DNA of 64,000 nt from NCBI GenBank assembly GCA_010405405.1, contig MU004241.1:917373-981372 (forward strand). The letters run 5' to 3'. The translations under genes were made by a program, and so were the position numbers. This stretch comes from Microthyrium microscopicum (taxonomy: Eukaryota). Positions 12,291 through 26,540 of the stretch are shown piece after piece. The stretch's first letter is position 1; each line of letters begins with the position of its first letter. A model generated the notes under the pieces. The model saw only the letters and a list, made by a program, of their open reading frames with translations. It had not been told where the DNA came from and did not search any database.

Positions 12291-14544
12291 TCAGCGCGAG
12301 AGGCCTTTGGTTTCATGTTGTGCCTCATTTGCCGATGTGTGACCAGCATACCTCGCTGGCAGCTCGGAGGGTAGCGGTACCTCTGCTATTAGCTCTTGGG
12401 CGACTCGAAAGTTCTCTGGACGCTCACTCGAGCCCTCCAATCTCTTCAGATTGTGTGCAGCCAACTGCTCCGATGTCATCACACTCGGACTCCTCACCAT
12501 CAAATCCTCGCCCCGATTGTTCTTTGGAAACGCAATCACATCTCGCACCGAGTCCGTCTCCATCAACAATGCAACCAACCGATCAAAGCCCAGCGCTATG
12601 CCCGCATGTGGTGGACATCCTGCTCGCAGTGCGTTCAACAAGTGCCGAAAGTCCTCAACACGCTCACTCGGCATCTTCAGGATATCCCGCATCACCCACT
12701 CCTGCACAGCTGCGTTATGAATCCGCCGACTGCCACCCCCAAGCTCCACGCCATTGACGACAAGATCATAGTGTGCTGCCTTTGCAGCCATCGGGTTGCT
12801 GCTTAGCAAATCGAAATCTTCCTGGGTTTTGGGTGCGGTGAAGGGGTGGTGGGTGGCTGTGATGCCAGCGGCGCCACCTTGGCCAGGCTCATCCGCGCTA
12901 CTAGGCGAGAAGAGCGGGAAATCGGTGACCCAGAGGAATTTGAAGCCTGACGGTTTCGGTATGGCGCCGTTCTCAACTGCAGCACGATGTAAGGCAGTAC
13001 GTAGGCGACCCATGGTTGTCCAGCCTCCATGGCGGGGAGCGCGTGGCTCGGTGTTGACTATCAGTATCCGGCCGTGTTGAATAAGGTCGGGCCGCTTTTT
13101 AGCTAGTAGATGTATAAGGTCATCGGGGACCCCGGGGAGACCGGTAAGTTCATCGTAAACACCTACAACAAAGCCGGCTTTGGACCAAGATAGTCTTGGG
13201 CCACTGAGCAGATGCTCGCTCAAGAGACTTCTCTGCTGGGATGTAACCGATAATGAATCGAAAACGCCAATAATATCTTTTGCTGAGACATTGCCCGGAT
13301 CCAAGGAAAGTACCTCTATTCTGAGGGCTTTGTTTACGTCTGGATTATCGAAAGCTTCTGCTAGGTGATCTGTTACGTCTTCAATCTAGTTAAATCAGTA
13401 CTTGAAAAAATACGAGATTTTTGCCCAACTTACCAAAAGATCATAACGGAGGTCTGGCTTATCAGATCCATACCTCGTCATTGCTGTGTCATATGTCATA
13501 CGTCCAAATGGTTGGTCAAGCTTCACTTGCTCTCTCGAATGTTTACGAAAAATTTGGTAAATGAGTCCCTCTGTTTCTTTCATGACTGTATCTTCACCCG
13601 CAAACCCTATTTCAAGGTCAATTTGCGTGAATTCTGGTTGTCGATCAGCTCTCAGGTCCTCATCTCGAAAACACCGAGCAATCTGAGCATATTTATGGAT
13701 GCCGCCTGACATGAGAATTTGCTTGTATTGCTGTGGGCTTTGGGGCAATGCATATGCTTCCCCTTTGCTTCCTTTCAACACGAGAAATTCACGAGCACCT
13801 TCTGGTGTCGACTTGAATAACAGGGGCGTTTCGACTATCGCATAACCGTGTTTAGAAAAATGAGTACAGACTGTGGCATAGACGTTCGACCTCGTCAGCA
13901 GGGCCTCGCGAAGCTTCAAAGATGCTCTCATCTCCAAGTTTCGCTCCTCTGGCCCAAACACTTTATCTTCACTGAGCATAATGTTTGAGGGGAAAGTGCT
14001 CAAGAGTGTGCTAGACTCGTAGTCAATCTCAATGTGAGCCAGTGCGTTGTTGGAAATTGCTAGATTCGCTTTTCTAGCAACCACTTTGCCTCGAACTCGT
14101 ATGGGGCTGTGACGTGAGTATTGAAGAATGTCCGCGCCTGATTTACACACTACCTGCACCTTGTTATTGAGGCCGATGTTGTGGACGTCGACGAAGTTCA
14201 GCTTGCTGGATTGCTTTCTTTTCGTCCCCATGTAGCCATCGAATTCGACATGCTGGCCGAGTACCTCCTTTTTATGTAGGAACATCAACTTATGGGTTGC
14301 GGCTTCCAATCCTACTACGAGGTGTCAGATATGCATTATTTAGTAACATCAGAGACTCACATGTAAGTTTGTAGGCCTCAGAGTCTTCTAACGACAGCAC
14401 CGACGGCGACGTTGAGCCTGGAGTACTCTCCGTGACATAGCGACGCTGTGATGATCGGAACCCATGATTTCCAATGATATGGTAAGCTGGCCTTGGAATG
14501 GCAGAAAGATCAGCCAGAGAGCGGGTCACGAGTCCCCAGCGCAT
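12291..14544 (-). CDS. MSD1: Mitochondrial aspartyl-tRNA synthetase
   Basis: TPEGAREFLV, ALPQSPQQYKQILM, CFRDEDLRADRQPEFTQIDLE, HHPFTAP, YDLVVNGVELGGGSRRIH, PPHAGIALGFDRLVALL; Arg/Ser-rich presequence; two introns. Confidence 0.95.
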
Positions 14545-15278
14545 CGGGCTTTGAGATCAACTACCAGCACAGCTGAAAGTGTTGGTTTCCGAGTATAAAA
14601 AGGAGGGCATTGAAAACATCATTGATGTCGATGTTGAAGTTCAAGAAAAAAAGAAGCTAGTATTCCAAATAGTACTAGCTCGAATGTACCCTGGCAAGCT
14701 TTGGATTATGTAACGCGCCTTGCGCGCTAAGATTTTGCCTACTTTTGACTTGCAACTCCAGCACCCCTCCAAATTCTTTTCTTCATCCTTCCCATTTTAT
14801 TCATGTGAGTATAAAACTTTCAACCACTTCTGTTCAGCATTGATACTAATATTTCTTCTTCTAGATGATGAAAGCCTAGCGTGCTCTAGATGAGCTGTCC
14901 ATCTTTTCGGCATGAAATCCTCCCTTCGGGGCTCAAGTGGCTTCTTGTTTGAACTGATGGCAGCATGATATCGGCGCTCGGCACACAACCTTGTTACTTA
15001 ACGAGCGCGATGATGGCAACTCTGACCCTTAAAATGGAGAAGGTGTATATTTGGATGATGATGGCACGGTCGAGGGGCTTGCTGTGCGATTATGTCTTGT
15101 CCATGGCATAACTTTCACGGCATACTCTAGCCCTCGCACTCTGTTCTCGGCAGAATGGATGTCAAACCCCTGGGACCTCTGAAGGCTCAGACAATATGCT
15201 GGCAGGATTTTGCCGGGCTAATGCGGATTCATCAAATCGAGGATCAAGTAGGATTATTGCTCGAAAGTGTATATAAAG

Positions 15279-18200
15279 TTTTTTGTTTGTTTTTAGATGC
15301 TAGTACCTGTTAGGTGGCTGACAGCTCTGGATGAATTGCATTTGATGTTGACTGAGAATGGTTGGACAGGCATTTTGTTCAATGGCAGCCAGGGACGCCA
15401 CAATAATATTAATCGTTTTACCTCGGTGAAGGCTTCTCCTTTGATCAGGTTTGACTGTCTCTCTTTGCGCGTTTGCCAGCGCAATAATATCGATGAATTT
15501 CTTAGTTGTATTCTCTTCTAGCAATTAAGGCTTAAAGACAGGATTATCATTAAGGCCCTCGTCTAAGTAAGGCTACGATATAGGGAGGACTTAAACCTCC
15601 ACGCCTAGTTTCCTATAAAATATTATTAGTAGTCAGAGCTTTAAATAAACTTTAAAGAGCCCCTAACTCTCTACTATCCATATGTAAGTACTTTATAAGA
15701 ATTAACTTTATAGAACAAAGTCTATATTATCATTAGTTAGAGTAGACGTATATTTATTTAGTAACTTAAGGTCTATTAGGCACTTTAGACCCTTTAGGAT
15801 TTTAATATCCTTAGGTCTTTAGCCCTAGCGTGCTTAGAATATCTTTTAGTTAGTCCTTATGCTTTAGTATTATAGCATTATAGTAGCTACCTGCTTTGTT
15901 ATAATCTAGTAGTATAAGTAGCTAATAAAGATAGTAGTTATATTAGTCTTCCTCTAAATTAGATTAGGTTTCTTATAATAGTAAGATAGGTACCCTTTAT
16001 AGAGGTACTAAGCTACAAACTAGTATATAATTTTTATTCTATTACTTAAAGCCTTTAGAATATTTAGGACGCTTATAGTATATAGTACTATTAGCTTAGG
16101 CATTATCTCTAGAATATATAGATCCTCTCTCCTTAAGCTAAGGTAAATAAGAATCTTTATTATATAATCTTATATATTTATCGCTACTAAATAGTGAAGC
16201 TATATATATTCTCTTATAAAGTTAATATAGTAGATTAGGTAGTTAAGCCTATTAGAGTAATTAGCCTAAGTAACCTCTTAGCCTATTAAGACCCTTTAGT
16301 AAAGAAGTTTCTAAAACAAGTTAGTAGCTTTTGGAACAATAAGTCCTTAGCAAACTAATTACTATATACGCTTTATAGTAACATCTTATCTAGTCCTTTA
16401 CTTATATATAGTAACGACATAGATAACCTTCTTATTATAATTAATTTTATTATGCTTTTTGCTTAAGAAAAAGAGATAGAACTAGCAAAATGTAGTAGTT
16501 AAGAACTCTCCTTATTTGCTAATTTTATAGCATAATTCCTCCTTATGGATTCTATTCTAAGCTCTTTAAGTATTAGGGGTCTATAGGGCAATCTACTACT
16601 AGTAAGGTAAAGACTCTACTAGCTTCTAAATATCTTTAATATAGTCTTTATCTTCCCCTTATAAGTCCTAAGAGTAGTTTAGTAGAAAAAGTATTATAGT
16701 AATAGAGTTATAAAGGTCACTAAGAGTCTAATAATTATTATACTAAAAGTCTTTAAACTTTTTTTTATTCTACCTTTAGGCTCTATAGCTCTTTCCTATA
16801 CTTATTATAGAATAGTACTATAGGTTAGCCCTTAGAATATTAGACTATTCTATTATAGGATTCTACATTAAAGGGCATCTATTACTCTTAAACTTATTAC
16901 CTCCCTAGATATTTTAATACTATATAAAAATATGGCTTAATCTAACTAGTAGAGAGCTAGCATTTACCTTTTTATATATTATCTAAACCTAAGGATTCAT
17001 AAGAGCTTCTATAAAGGTATACCTCTATTTTATTATAGAAAGAATTAGTAAGTTAGCAAGACGTACCTAATATAGATTAGGATAGCTCTAAGTTTAGGCT
17101 ACCATAGTATAGGTATTAGTATCTATAATAAATTAGATATCCTAGTAGCCTAAGCTACCTTTATCTTTACGTTTACACGCTCTAATTATAATAATTAGTC
17201 CTTACTTTAGGTTATTCTATATTATATAGCTATACTTACTTACTATAGTATCTCTTTATAGAGTAGTAATAGGTAGAAATCTTAGTATATATCTAATTAA
17301 AAATAATACTATTAAGTTAGTAATAAGGACTCTACTTTTTAGTAAGAGATATAACACTAGCTATTAAGATATAATTAAGGCAATCTTATCTATTAGTATA
17401 TTCTAAAAGTTTACTATATTTTCTTTTAGGTTAGTCTCTATTAGGATGCTAAGGTAATAGTACTTAGTACTTCTACTTATAATCTATATATTTAGTATAG
17501 CAATCTAGGAGCCCTTATAGTAAAGTAGATATAACTTATTCTAGTTTACTTTTATAGCTAATACTTATCTATAATTATAAAGGATTCCCTTAATAATATC
17601 TACTTTAATCTAGTCCTATAATAGGATCTAAGTATTATTAGTATATAGTATTATCTTTAGTAAGTCTAAGCCTAGTATATTATAGCTAGCTATCCTTAAG
17701 TTCTACTTAATTATTTAAGCTAAAGGCTTAATAGCAATTAGGAAGAAAAGATAGCTAATTAGATTGCCTTAGCGAACACTAGATTTAACTACTATTACTT
17801 TACTCCTATAACTATTAATCTAAGCATAGAGACTAGTTATTTTATAAAGAGTTTTTAACTAGTTTATAAACGCTACTAGTATGCTAAAGGTAGCTATTAC
17901 TACCTATAAGTAGATATAGTTTACTCTATTATATGCCTTCTCTTAATTAAGGAATAGTAAGCCTTACTTATTACTATCTTCTTAGAGATAGCTAATAAGC
18001 ATTTATACTATATAAATATTATTATTAATTAGATAACCTTTAAGGAAGGCTATTTAATAATTACTAATTACTTTTTCTAGGACGCTATCTAGTTACCTTT
18101 TTAGTATAGAAGTAAATAGTTTATAATCTATATTTATAACTAAGAGCAAGTAATAGTTTGCTAGTTACTCTTTGTCTCCCTTTTTATAGAGAATTATAAG

Positions 18201-21200
18201 ACAACTATCTATTTATCTTTTTAAGTACCGCCCTATATCTATTACTTCCTAGAAGACTACTCTTAGGATCTTTATAAGATTTAGATAGCCCTAGGTCTAA
18301 CCCTCTATTATTAGTCTAGTAAGGGTAAGAGCTTTATAGAACTTACTAATAAAGCTATTATAGCTAGGCAAAGTCCTAACCTTTATTAATTATATTACTT
18401 TTACTACCTCTTATTTCATTACTTAACTTATTAATTAAGCTTTATTAGGCCTACTAATTTTCTACTTAATAGCTAATATAAAGTATAACATTTAAACCTT
18501 ATTTATATCTTTCTTAGCAAATAGCTTAAAATAAAACTTCTCTACCTATCTTAGGATCTTATTATTACTCTTTAGCGTTTCCCTATTTCTGCTTCTTAAT
18601 AAAGTTATAGAAGTCTTAAACCTCTTCTTTGTTTAAGCAAAGAACTACTTAGTAGGTTATTTATCTAGTATAGCCACTTTAGCTAGGGCATTATAAGAGT
18701 AGTTCTTATATTCTTATTATACTAGGCATACCTCCTAAATAGCAATATATTTTAGGCGTTTATTAATAACTACTAATTAGCTAGTTAGTCTTTATGCATA
18801 AAGCTTTAGACAGCGTTTCTTTAGTAGTTACTTTTAACATCCTATCGCACGATAATATTTTGTTAAGTACGTTATAATTAATTCTCTTATCTTTACTTTG
18901 TATATATCCTAGCTATAGATAGGGTCCTCTATATTAAACTTTATTAACTACTTAGCATAGAGTGCTAGTAATTATAAGTTCTTTAGATCCTCTACCTTAA
19001 GCCGCTAATAACCTAGGCCTTAGGGGCACCCTTCTAGGTTAGCCTTTAGGGTAAACCTAATCACTTTATAGTCCTAAATACTTAGGCCTATTTATATTAT
19101 ATCCTAATCTCTAGTTCATAGAAGCTAATCCTCTCTAATATATAATCTATTAATTTAAGAGACTTCTTTAAATAAGTATATAATAGCCTATAGCTACTAG
19201 TAGCGCTAGCTATCTACTATTATGCCTTAGCCTATAAGTTAAATATAGTGTTTCTCTAAATCTAGGGTTAGCCTCTCTAATCTTTTAAGTTTATAGTAGT
19301 CTATTAGTAAGAGTTTAGAGTTCTAGTCTTCTTCTATTACATTATAGTTAAGACGTAGAGCGGCTACTAGCTAGGGATATATTATTTCCTACTACTCTTT
19401 ATTCTGCCTATGTCTCTTTATAAGAGCGTAGACTAAGGCAACTATAATAGTTATCCCTCTACAGCGTATCTTCTAAACAAGAAGATGGCTACTATTTATA
19501 AGGATTTAGCTAGATACATAGTCCTAAGTCTCCTAATTATCTTTAATCTAACTACTAGTTTTTGTATTTATTAATATTATAACTCTAGCCTTTCTCTTAT
19601 TATTATCTAATACTACGTTAATATAGATTTAGGGGAATAAGGCAGTATATTTAAGTCGTATAGGTTTATCTAGCATAGTTTCCTACATTAGCAGAATATT
19701 AATAGAGTTAGCTATTACGTAGTAGTATAAATTTTAAAAAGGAGCAGCCCTTCTAAGCCCTTATATATTAAAAGAAACTATATTTATTATATCTAACATA
19801 AGAATCTATAATAAGGGTATAGGGAGCAAGCTTACTACATAGAGAGGCACTTAAGTAGCTACTTTCTAAATAAGATTAGGGCAGCGCTAGACTATATAGC
19901 CTAGCGTAACCTACTTACAAATAGAGCACTCTAGGTCGTTTAGTCTTACTACCTAAAATAGAACGACGATACTAAGGTTTTAGCCCTCTAGCCTAATATT
20001 TATAATAGTTAATTTAATATAGCTATTAGGCATAGTAGGTACTTTATTAAAGTATACTACCACGCTACCTAGGCAAACACTATAGTATTCTTAAGTTCCT
20101 ATAGAGAAACTAAGGAGTTTACTCTATACACTTAGGATTACCATAATGCTAGCGACGATATCGTTAGCGGTTAGCCTCATAGACTAGGTAGTTATAAAGA
20201 TGGTTAGTTTTCTAGCAATGAAGACATAAAGTCTAACAACCTCTGGTATACCCTTAATGTCTATAATACTATAGCTAGCTTTCTCTACCTTATCCTTAGA
20301 GGGATATTACAAAGCATAGCCTTTTATTATTTTATAGCAAAAAATAGGACGAGGGATCCTAGCATTTTCTAGCGCATTAATAACCTACTTCTTAGTAATA
20401 GTCTATAAGCTACGCTTATTCTTTAGTAACTAGCATATAACGTGCTTACTATCTACAAATATAGGAGCATTAAGTATATGCTCTCTAGGCTTCCATAATT
20501 TTAACCTACTACTAGTCTTATTAGGTAGGTTTAGTCCGTCTAGAGTCTAGACCTGCTTATTCTTAGTTATACAACTAATAGTATTAGAGGTTATTCTACC
20601 ACGCTTCTTAGCTATGGCAGAGGATTTAGCTTTAGGCTTAGTATCTCTAGTAAAGAGACTATAAGTAATAGCGTTTGTTAAGCATTATAGGATTTAAATA
20701 AGAAGTACTTAACTAATTTAAATACTAACATTAATAGAGGAGGTAAGTCTTTAGGGCACCTAGGGAGGAAGTTTTTATAGTAAGAAAGGCTTAGAAAGAG
20801 TTATACAAGCTTTACTAGCTTTATTAAAGAGACTAGTTAGTCCCTCTATTATCTTATCCATCTTAATAGAGCTAGTAAGAGCACTTCTACTTAAGGTTTT
20901 AACTAGGACGTTACCCCCTTTAGGGTTAACGTTATTATCTTTAACTACGTTATGTCTAGCGTTAGCTTATTTAGCCTTCTCCTTCTTCCTTACGATTTAT
21001 ACTTCCTTCCTTACTTTATTCCTCTTATTTTTAGCTTTTGCCTTCTTTTCTAATTTTCGTTTTTTCTATCTCTCTTCTTCCTTATTTATTAATACTTTAG
21101 CCTCTTAATCTACCTTCTGCTAATCCTTAGCCAACTAGCAGTCCATCGCCTCATCTTCTATTACTTTATCTACCTTCGCCTACTCTACCTCTTACCTAGT

Positions 21201-21990
21201 TAATCCTATATTAGGGTTAGGCATATCTAACATATTAAAATTAAGAGCCCTAAGCTTATTATAAGATTCTTCTATATTTATTCTATTAGCCTACGTATTA
21301 ATAAAACTCTTAGAAGAAGAGCGTATACCTACGTTTAGAGAACTCTTTAACGCATTATCCTTATCTATAGTATTTATACTATCTATAGCTCCCTTAGAGG
21401 GTATCTCTTTAAATATATTAGGGACTATAGTCCTAGGGGATAGATTTAGAGTATAGCTTAGCTTCTTAGCCTAGCCTTTATTATCCTATTTAGCCTATTA
21501 TACTTTAGTAGAGAAGGAAGTCATAATAAAAAAAAAGTAGAGGCTATAGCTAACTATATTAATACGAGATAAAGACTCCTAAACTATTATCTAGAGCCAA
21601 TTTTATAGATAATAGTAGATCTTTGAATAAAAATTCTATAGTTTAAAAAATAGGTATATAGTAGCTTTAAAATAAAATCATTATTACCAAAAGGAAGCTA
21701 CTACACCTATAGAAATATCTCTTTAACGTAGGTATAAAAACTCTAATTTATAGTATATAGCTCTCCTATATATCGCGTAGATAAGTAATAACTCTAAATA
21801 TAGCAGTAAAAGCGTATTATAGACTAGAAAATCTCCTCTAATTAAGGATTTACTAAGGCATAATCTTTTAGTTTTAGATCCTACTACTTATACATATAGC
21901 TCTATTCTAAGTCTATATAGCTTTCACTTCCTACTTATCTCCTAAGATGCTATCTTATAAAGGCAATTATGCATAATCTCTTAACGCGTT
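15279..21990 (-). mobile_element. Full-length non-LTR retrotransposon (LINE, L1/Tx1-type RT), RIP-inactivated
   Basis: Minus-strand ORF2 relic from ATG 19799: endonuclease IVSFNI*GL, ILLM*ET, DYKVIRF, PGY*RL; RT LFLN*EKAYNRV, KSSVR*GNLISYLFFLIAIKPL (~17790, = GVRQGDPIS), LYTNNT (~17640, = YADD). ORF1 relic from ~21524. A-rich tail at 15279-15294. 5' boundary approximate. Confidence 0.9.
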
Positions 21991-22388
21991 GCGTTAGCGC
22001 AGCGCGATGCATATTAGCCAAAATAAAGTTACATTCGTAATGCAGGTTAGTCTAGAAGACCAAAATTGATAAAATAAATGATAAAACTTCAAAGGGTGTA
22101 ACTTTGCTCCCGGCGGGAGGCCAGCGCAATAATATGCTGCATTTCGGAGTGTGTTCCCGCCAGCTGGCAGTGACAAGGTCGGAACCCGTAGCTGTAGGAG
22201 TGAAAGGCCCGAGCGTTACCAAGCTCGTCACGATGCTTTCAACGGCGATTGGGCCCTCTTGAGTCTTAACATCCGACAACCCAGCCCTCCAAGTTCCAAC
22301 AATACCACCACCTAAACCTCATCCTCCAAATACTCTCTGAGCTACTCCCCAGACCTCATTGAAGACTTGAACTTGTCCTTTTGCTTCA

Positions 22389-24599
22389 ATGTCTTCAGGC
22401 TGGGAAAAGAGCGTCAAGGGCGCCACCAAGATCAAGGTAAGTTCAACATTCACCGTCGCCAGGCCGCGAATCTGCGCCGGGACTTTGGAAGTACACTGCT
22501 GACGTCAATGTCTTGTCTAGCTCGCGGCGCCCAAGAGCAAATACATCGAACACATTCTTATTGCGACTCATACTGGCGAGGCAGGCGTGGCCGAGATCTT
22601 CCGTGCACTTCAGAACCGTCTGCGCGATTCAACATGGACCATTGTGTTCAAGGCCCTGATTGTTGTACATTTCATGGTCCGTGAGGGTCAGGAAGAAGTC
22701 ACGTTGAAATACCTGTCGAGTAATCCTCATCGGAAACTAGCGATCAATAACTTTACGGAAGGTATGGTTTCTATTTCTTACCTCTCACATAATGGCATAG
22801 GCGTACATTCTTCGGAACCGGTAGTTCAGTTGAAATGCGTACCGAAGACCAAACCCCATGATAGCTACACTCAAGTTTTACTACGAGGTCTAAGTGGACC
22901 ATATGTCGGCGCATTGACAATGCGATCTTGTGGTTTGCAAAAGAAATGTCAAGGATCAAATCTATATCAGGCGTTGCGATATCAAACTAACAGTCTTCTT
23001 ATAGTTCAGACGCAAGGACGAAATATCCGGACCTACGCCGACTACCTTACACAGCGAGCAGTATCATATTCTACCACCAAGAACGACTATGTCCGGAGTG
23101 GAGAAGGCCGCCTTAAGACGTTGGCCGTCGACAAGGGACTCTTGCGAGAGACGGAAAGCGTTCAAGATCAGATCAAGGCGCTATGTAGATGTGATTTCCT
23201 CTCGCATGAACCCGAGAATGAGATAACTCTGACGGCATTTCGACTTCTCACTATGGACCTCCTGGCCCTATTTCATGTTATGAATGAGGGGACGATTACG
23301 GTTCTGGAGAAATTCTTCGAAATGTCAAAGACAGATGCAGAGCGCGCTCTCAGAATTTATCGATCATTCGTAAAACAAACAGAGCAAGTCGTTCGATATC
23401 TGTCCATTGCACGGCATTATGATCATGCCACTCGGTTGGAAATACCAAAGATCAAGCATGCGCCAACAAGTCTCACGAGCTCACTCGAAGAATATCTCAA
23501 GGACCCAGAATTTGAAAAAAATCGGAGACAATATTTGGCGCAACAAGATGCTAAGAAGAATGGCAAGACGACGAATGGTGCTACCAAAACTCTAGGAAGC
23601 AAGGCGACGTCTTCGAATAATGCTGCGTTTCCAGATGCTAAACCTCAACAAACGACACAGTCATCTCCACAGAAAGGTCCGGCTCCAGATATGATAGACT
23701 TCTTCGAGTCCATTGAGCAAAATCAACAACCTATAGCACAGCAATCATTTCAGCAGCCTCAATTCGGCGGACAAATGCCTCCATCCCAACAGAACTCGTA
23801 TCCGCCGCAGCAAAATCCATTCTTACCACAACAGACGGGCATGCCGATACAACAACCTCAAATGCAAGCACCAAATCCGTTCCTACAACAACAGACTGGT
23901 TTCGGCATGCAGCAGCCTGTTCAACCTGTTGGACAACCCATGCAACAACCATTCAACTCACAACCTCAGCAATCTAATCCCTTTCTACAACTTCAGACAC
24001 AACAACCTCAGCAGCCGCAACAACAATCCCAACAAACTCCTACCTCTGCCGTATCCTCATCATACACAGGCGGCCCTAGTCCATTTGGGAACTTCTCTCC
24101 TCAAGTACAGTCCAACTCGTTTTCATCTAACCTCTCCACAATTCCTCAAGGAGGAGCAGCTTCCTTCCAACCTCAACCACAACAAGCATTCCCTACAGGC
24201 GCGACTAATGCTTCTTCGGCGCAATCTACCAATCCATTTAGACAATCGATGTTAGGCAGCTCCACGACAGGAACGTCCATGTCCTCCTTCTCAACAGTAT
24301 CACCGCTTAGCGCACAACCCACTGGCAGTACGAACCCATTTGCCAAACCCGCTCAAGCGAATCCGTTCGCAAGAGGACCTGCTGGCCAGCCACAGCCACA
24401 ACAACAATCAAGTCCATTCACATCGGCTGCACCGCTGGTACCAGCAGCCACAGGGACAAACCCATTTAGGCAGAGTGCATTTGTGAATCAGAACACTGGC
24501 GCAGGTTGGCAGACCTCTACGCCACAGGGTACAATAGGAGGCATTCCGAGTGAACGAGTTGAGACAATGCCTATCTTCCCGCGGCCCGGGATGGGTTGA
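22389..24599 (+). CDS. YAP1801: ANTH-domain clathrin adaptor (AP180/Yap1801-1802 family)
   Basis: KGATKIK/LAAPKSKY, WTIVFKALIVVH.M.REG, NEGTITVLEKFFEMSK; Gln-rich tail with many NPF motifs; introns ~22437-22520 and 22762-23004. Confidence 0.92.
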
Positions 24600-26540
24600 T
24601 TGACGTGAATTGGTGGGAGTGATCAGGCCCGCCAGATTCAAGTCTTCGGATAAGGCAAGACCAGCTGTGGCAGACGAGAAGACAGGCGCAGACAAGAAGC
24701 ATAGCGGTAGCATCATGATTACGACCTTTTGTATTTTGGTTTCAGCGGATATTTACTATTGTACAGAAATATCAGGCATGTCGATATATTTCAATTTCTT
24801 ACGATAGCAGGCTGGTGTTCTGTTTGTTGTCGCCTGCGTGTCTGTTTATGCGCGCTACAGTGCTTGGTGATGGTGCTTCTAATTGCAGCTGATATGTCAC
24901 TCCTCGTAGTGGCCATGGCCGGGGGTTTGTTGATGTTACCTTCGTATGCTATGAGGCGCGCTGCTGTGCTTGGTGATGCTGCTTTCAACGGCAGCACGTC
25001 AATGAAATTGCGAATGAATGGTGCTACCTAAGGGTCCAAAGGGCCTTGGGACACAATTGTTGTACAAGATGCGGAGGACAAACATTGAATCATTTCACAA
25101 GTCGTGTTGTGTTCTTGGCCAGTCGGACCAGTCAAGATCTGTCCTAGCGGAAGGTTATTACCCGACAGAGGAGAATATGCTGTCTGACGATGCAGATAGG
25201 ATGAACTATTTTGATATGTTTCATGGCGGAATCGGGTCTCGTGACCTTGCTGGCGATCTAGGCCTTTGGACTCGATGTTGAATGGTCAAACGCAAAGTCG
25301 CAAATCACCAAACGTTGGGTTGTTGTTTGGTATTATCGGTAGGATCCGCAGAGATCCAAAACGTTCATGGCGATTCCCACAGGGATCTCCTGGCCACCAA
25401 GCGCTATCAGCCGAGAGTCAATTTCGGCAAGGCTCCCTTCATGGCCAATGATTAGACGTGTAGATCATCTAGCTCCGGCCCAGCCTTCTTTTTGTTGCTC
25501 AAAGAGTACTAGTGTAAGACTAGATCCTGGTCTGTGCCTGGCTAATGCCTTTACCCCTGGCCAAGAAATGCAACACCATTCCCTTCGCGTCCGCTTTGCC
25601 TCTCAACTTCAGGGGAGCTTCGTCGAGTTTCCAGAGTCGACACACAAAAGCAGCACTGTGTTCCTGGGCAGGCTTTGCTTTCATGCAGGTACCGGCCATG
25701 GCTGCAGTACTACCATCCCCGTGTACTCGAATTAGACATCTCGTCGCCGTTGTACGTTGTCTGGTTGTTCAACCAAGAGCATTTCTATTGTCTGATTCAG
25801 TGCTTCTGGTATCCATAACTTGCAACGACACCAATCACGATGGTAAATCGTAGGCCGTCTCTTAGCTAGCTAGCTAGTGGATCATCGTGACGCTACAGGA
25901 GGCCATGGTCGTTTTTTTCTTCGGTGACCCCCAAGCAACCCCCGTTTTTGATTTGTTTCAACGAGTCATCCTTCATGATTCTAATCTGGGCTTGGAACCA
26001 GTCTTTTGCACAATCTGCTGAGCCCCCCTCAACGCCCGCCACCCAGCCGCTGCCCCGGAAATGAGTCGTCTTTTGACTGTTGCCAACAGGCCAGGCCGTC
26101 TGGCTGTTCATTTCCCCAAGCTGCTTGCTCGTTCGCTGGTTGACTGCTGGGCACCCAGACGCCAAACCTCTTCAGGTAATTCAAGGTCTTAGCTACGCCT
26201 CATGGAGCGCTGGGCTTTTCCAGATCAGCGCCTGCGCGATAAAATCAATCATAGCCGGGGGGGTGTGCCGTCGCCAACTGCTCTTCAAGCTCGCTCTTTC
26301 TCTAATCTCCCCGTGCGCTTGACTCTGACCCTTTTCACTCCTTTGCCTCGTTCTTCTGTCTCTCATCGCTCGTTCGAAACGTTCACGATATCTGCTTTCC
26401 ATTTCCAACACGCTCATTACAGTCACTCCTTAAACAAATCGCCTGCTCACGCTCAATCGCCCTTCTGTCCATCTGCTGGTCAAGATTCGTCTCACAAACA
26501 ATAACGCAAAGCCGCTTATCATACATATCAAAACACCAAA

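Noticed and set aside
15260..22040. Target-site duplication for the LINE (ATAAAGTT near both ends)
   Set aside because: Short AT-rich match and the 5' boundary is uncertain.
24610..26500. Many short ORFs between the ANTH and CRoW genes (also 47950-49760)
   Set aside because: No motifs or coherent splice model; consistent with UTR and promoter DNA.
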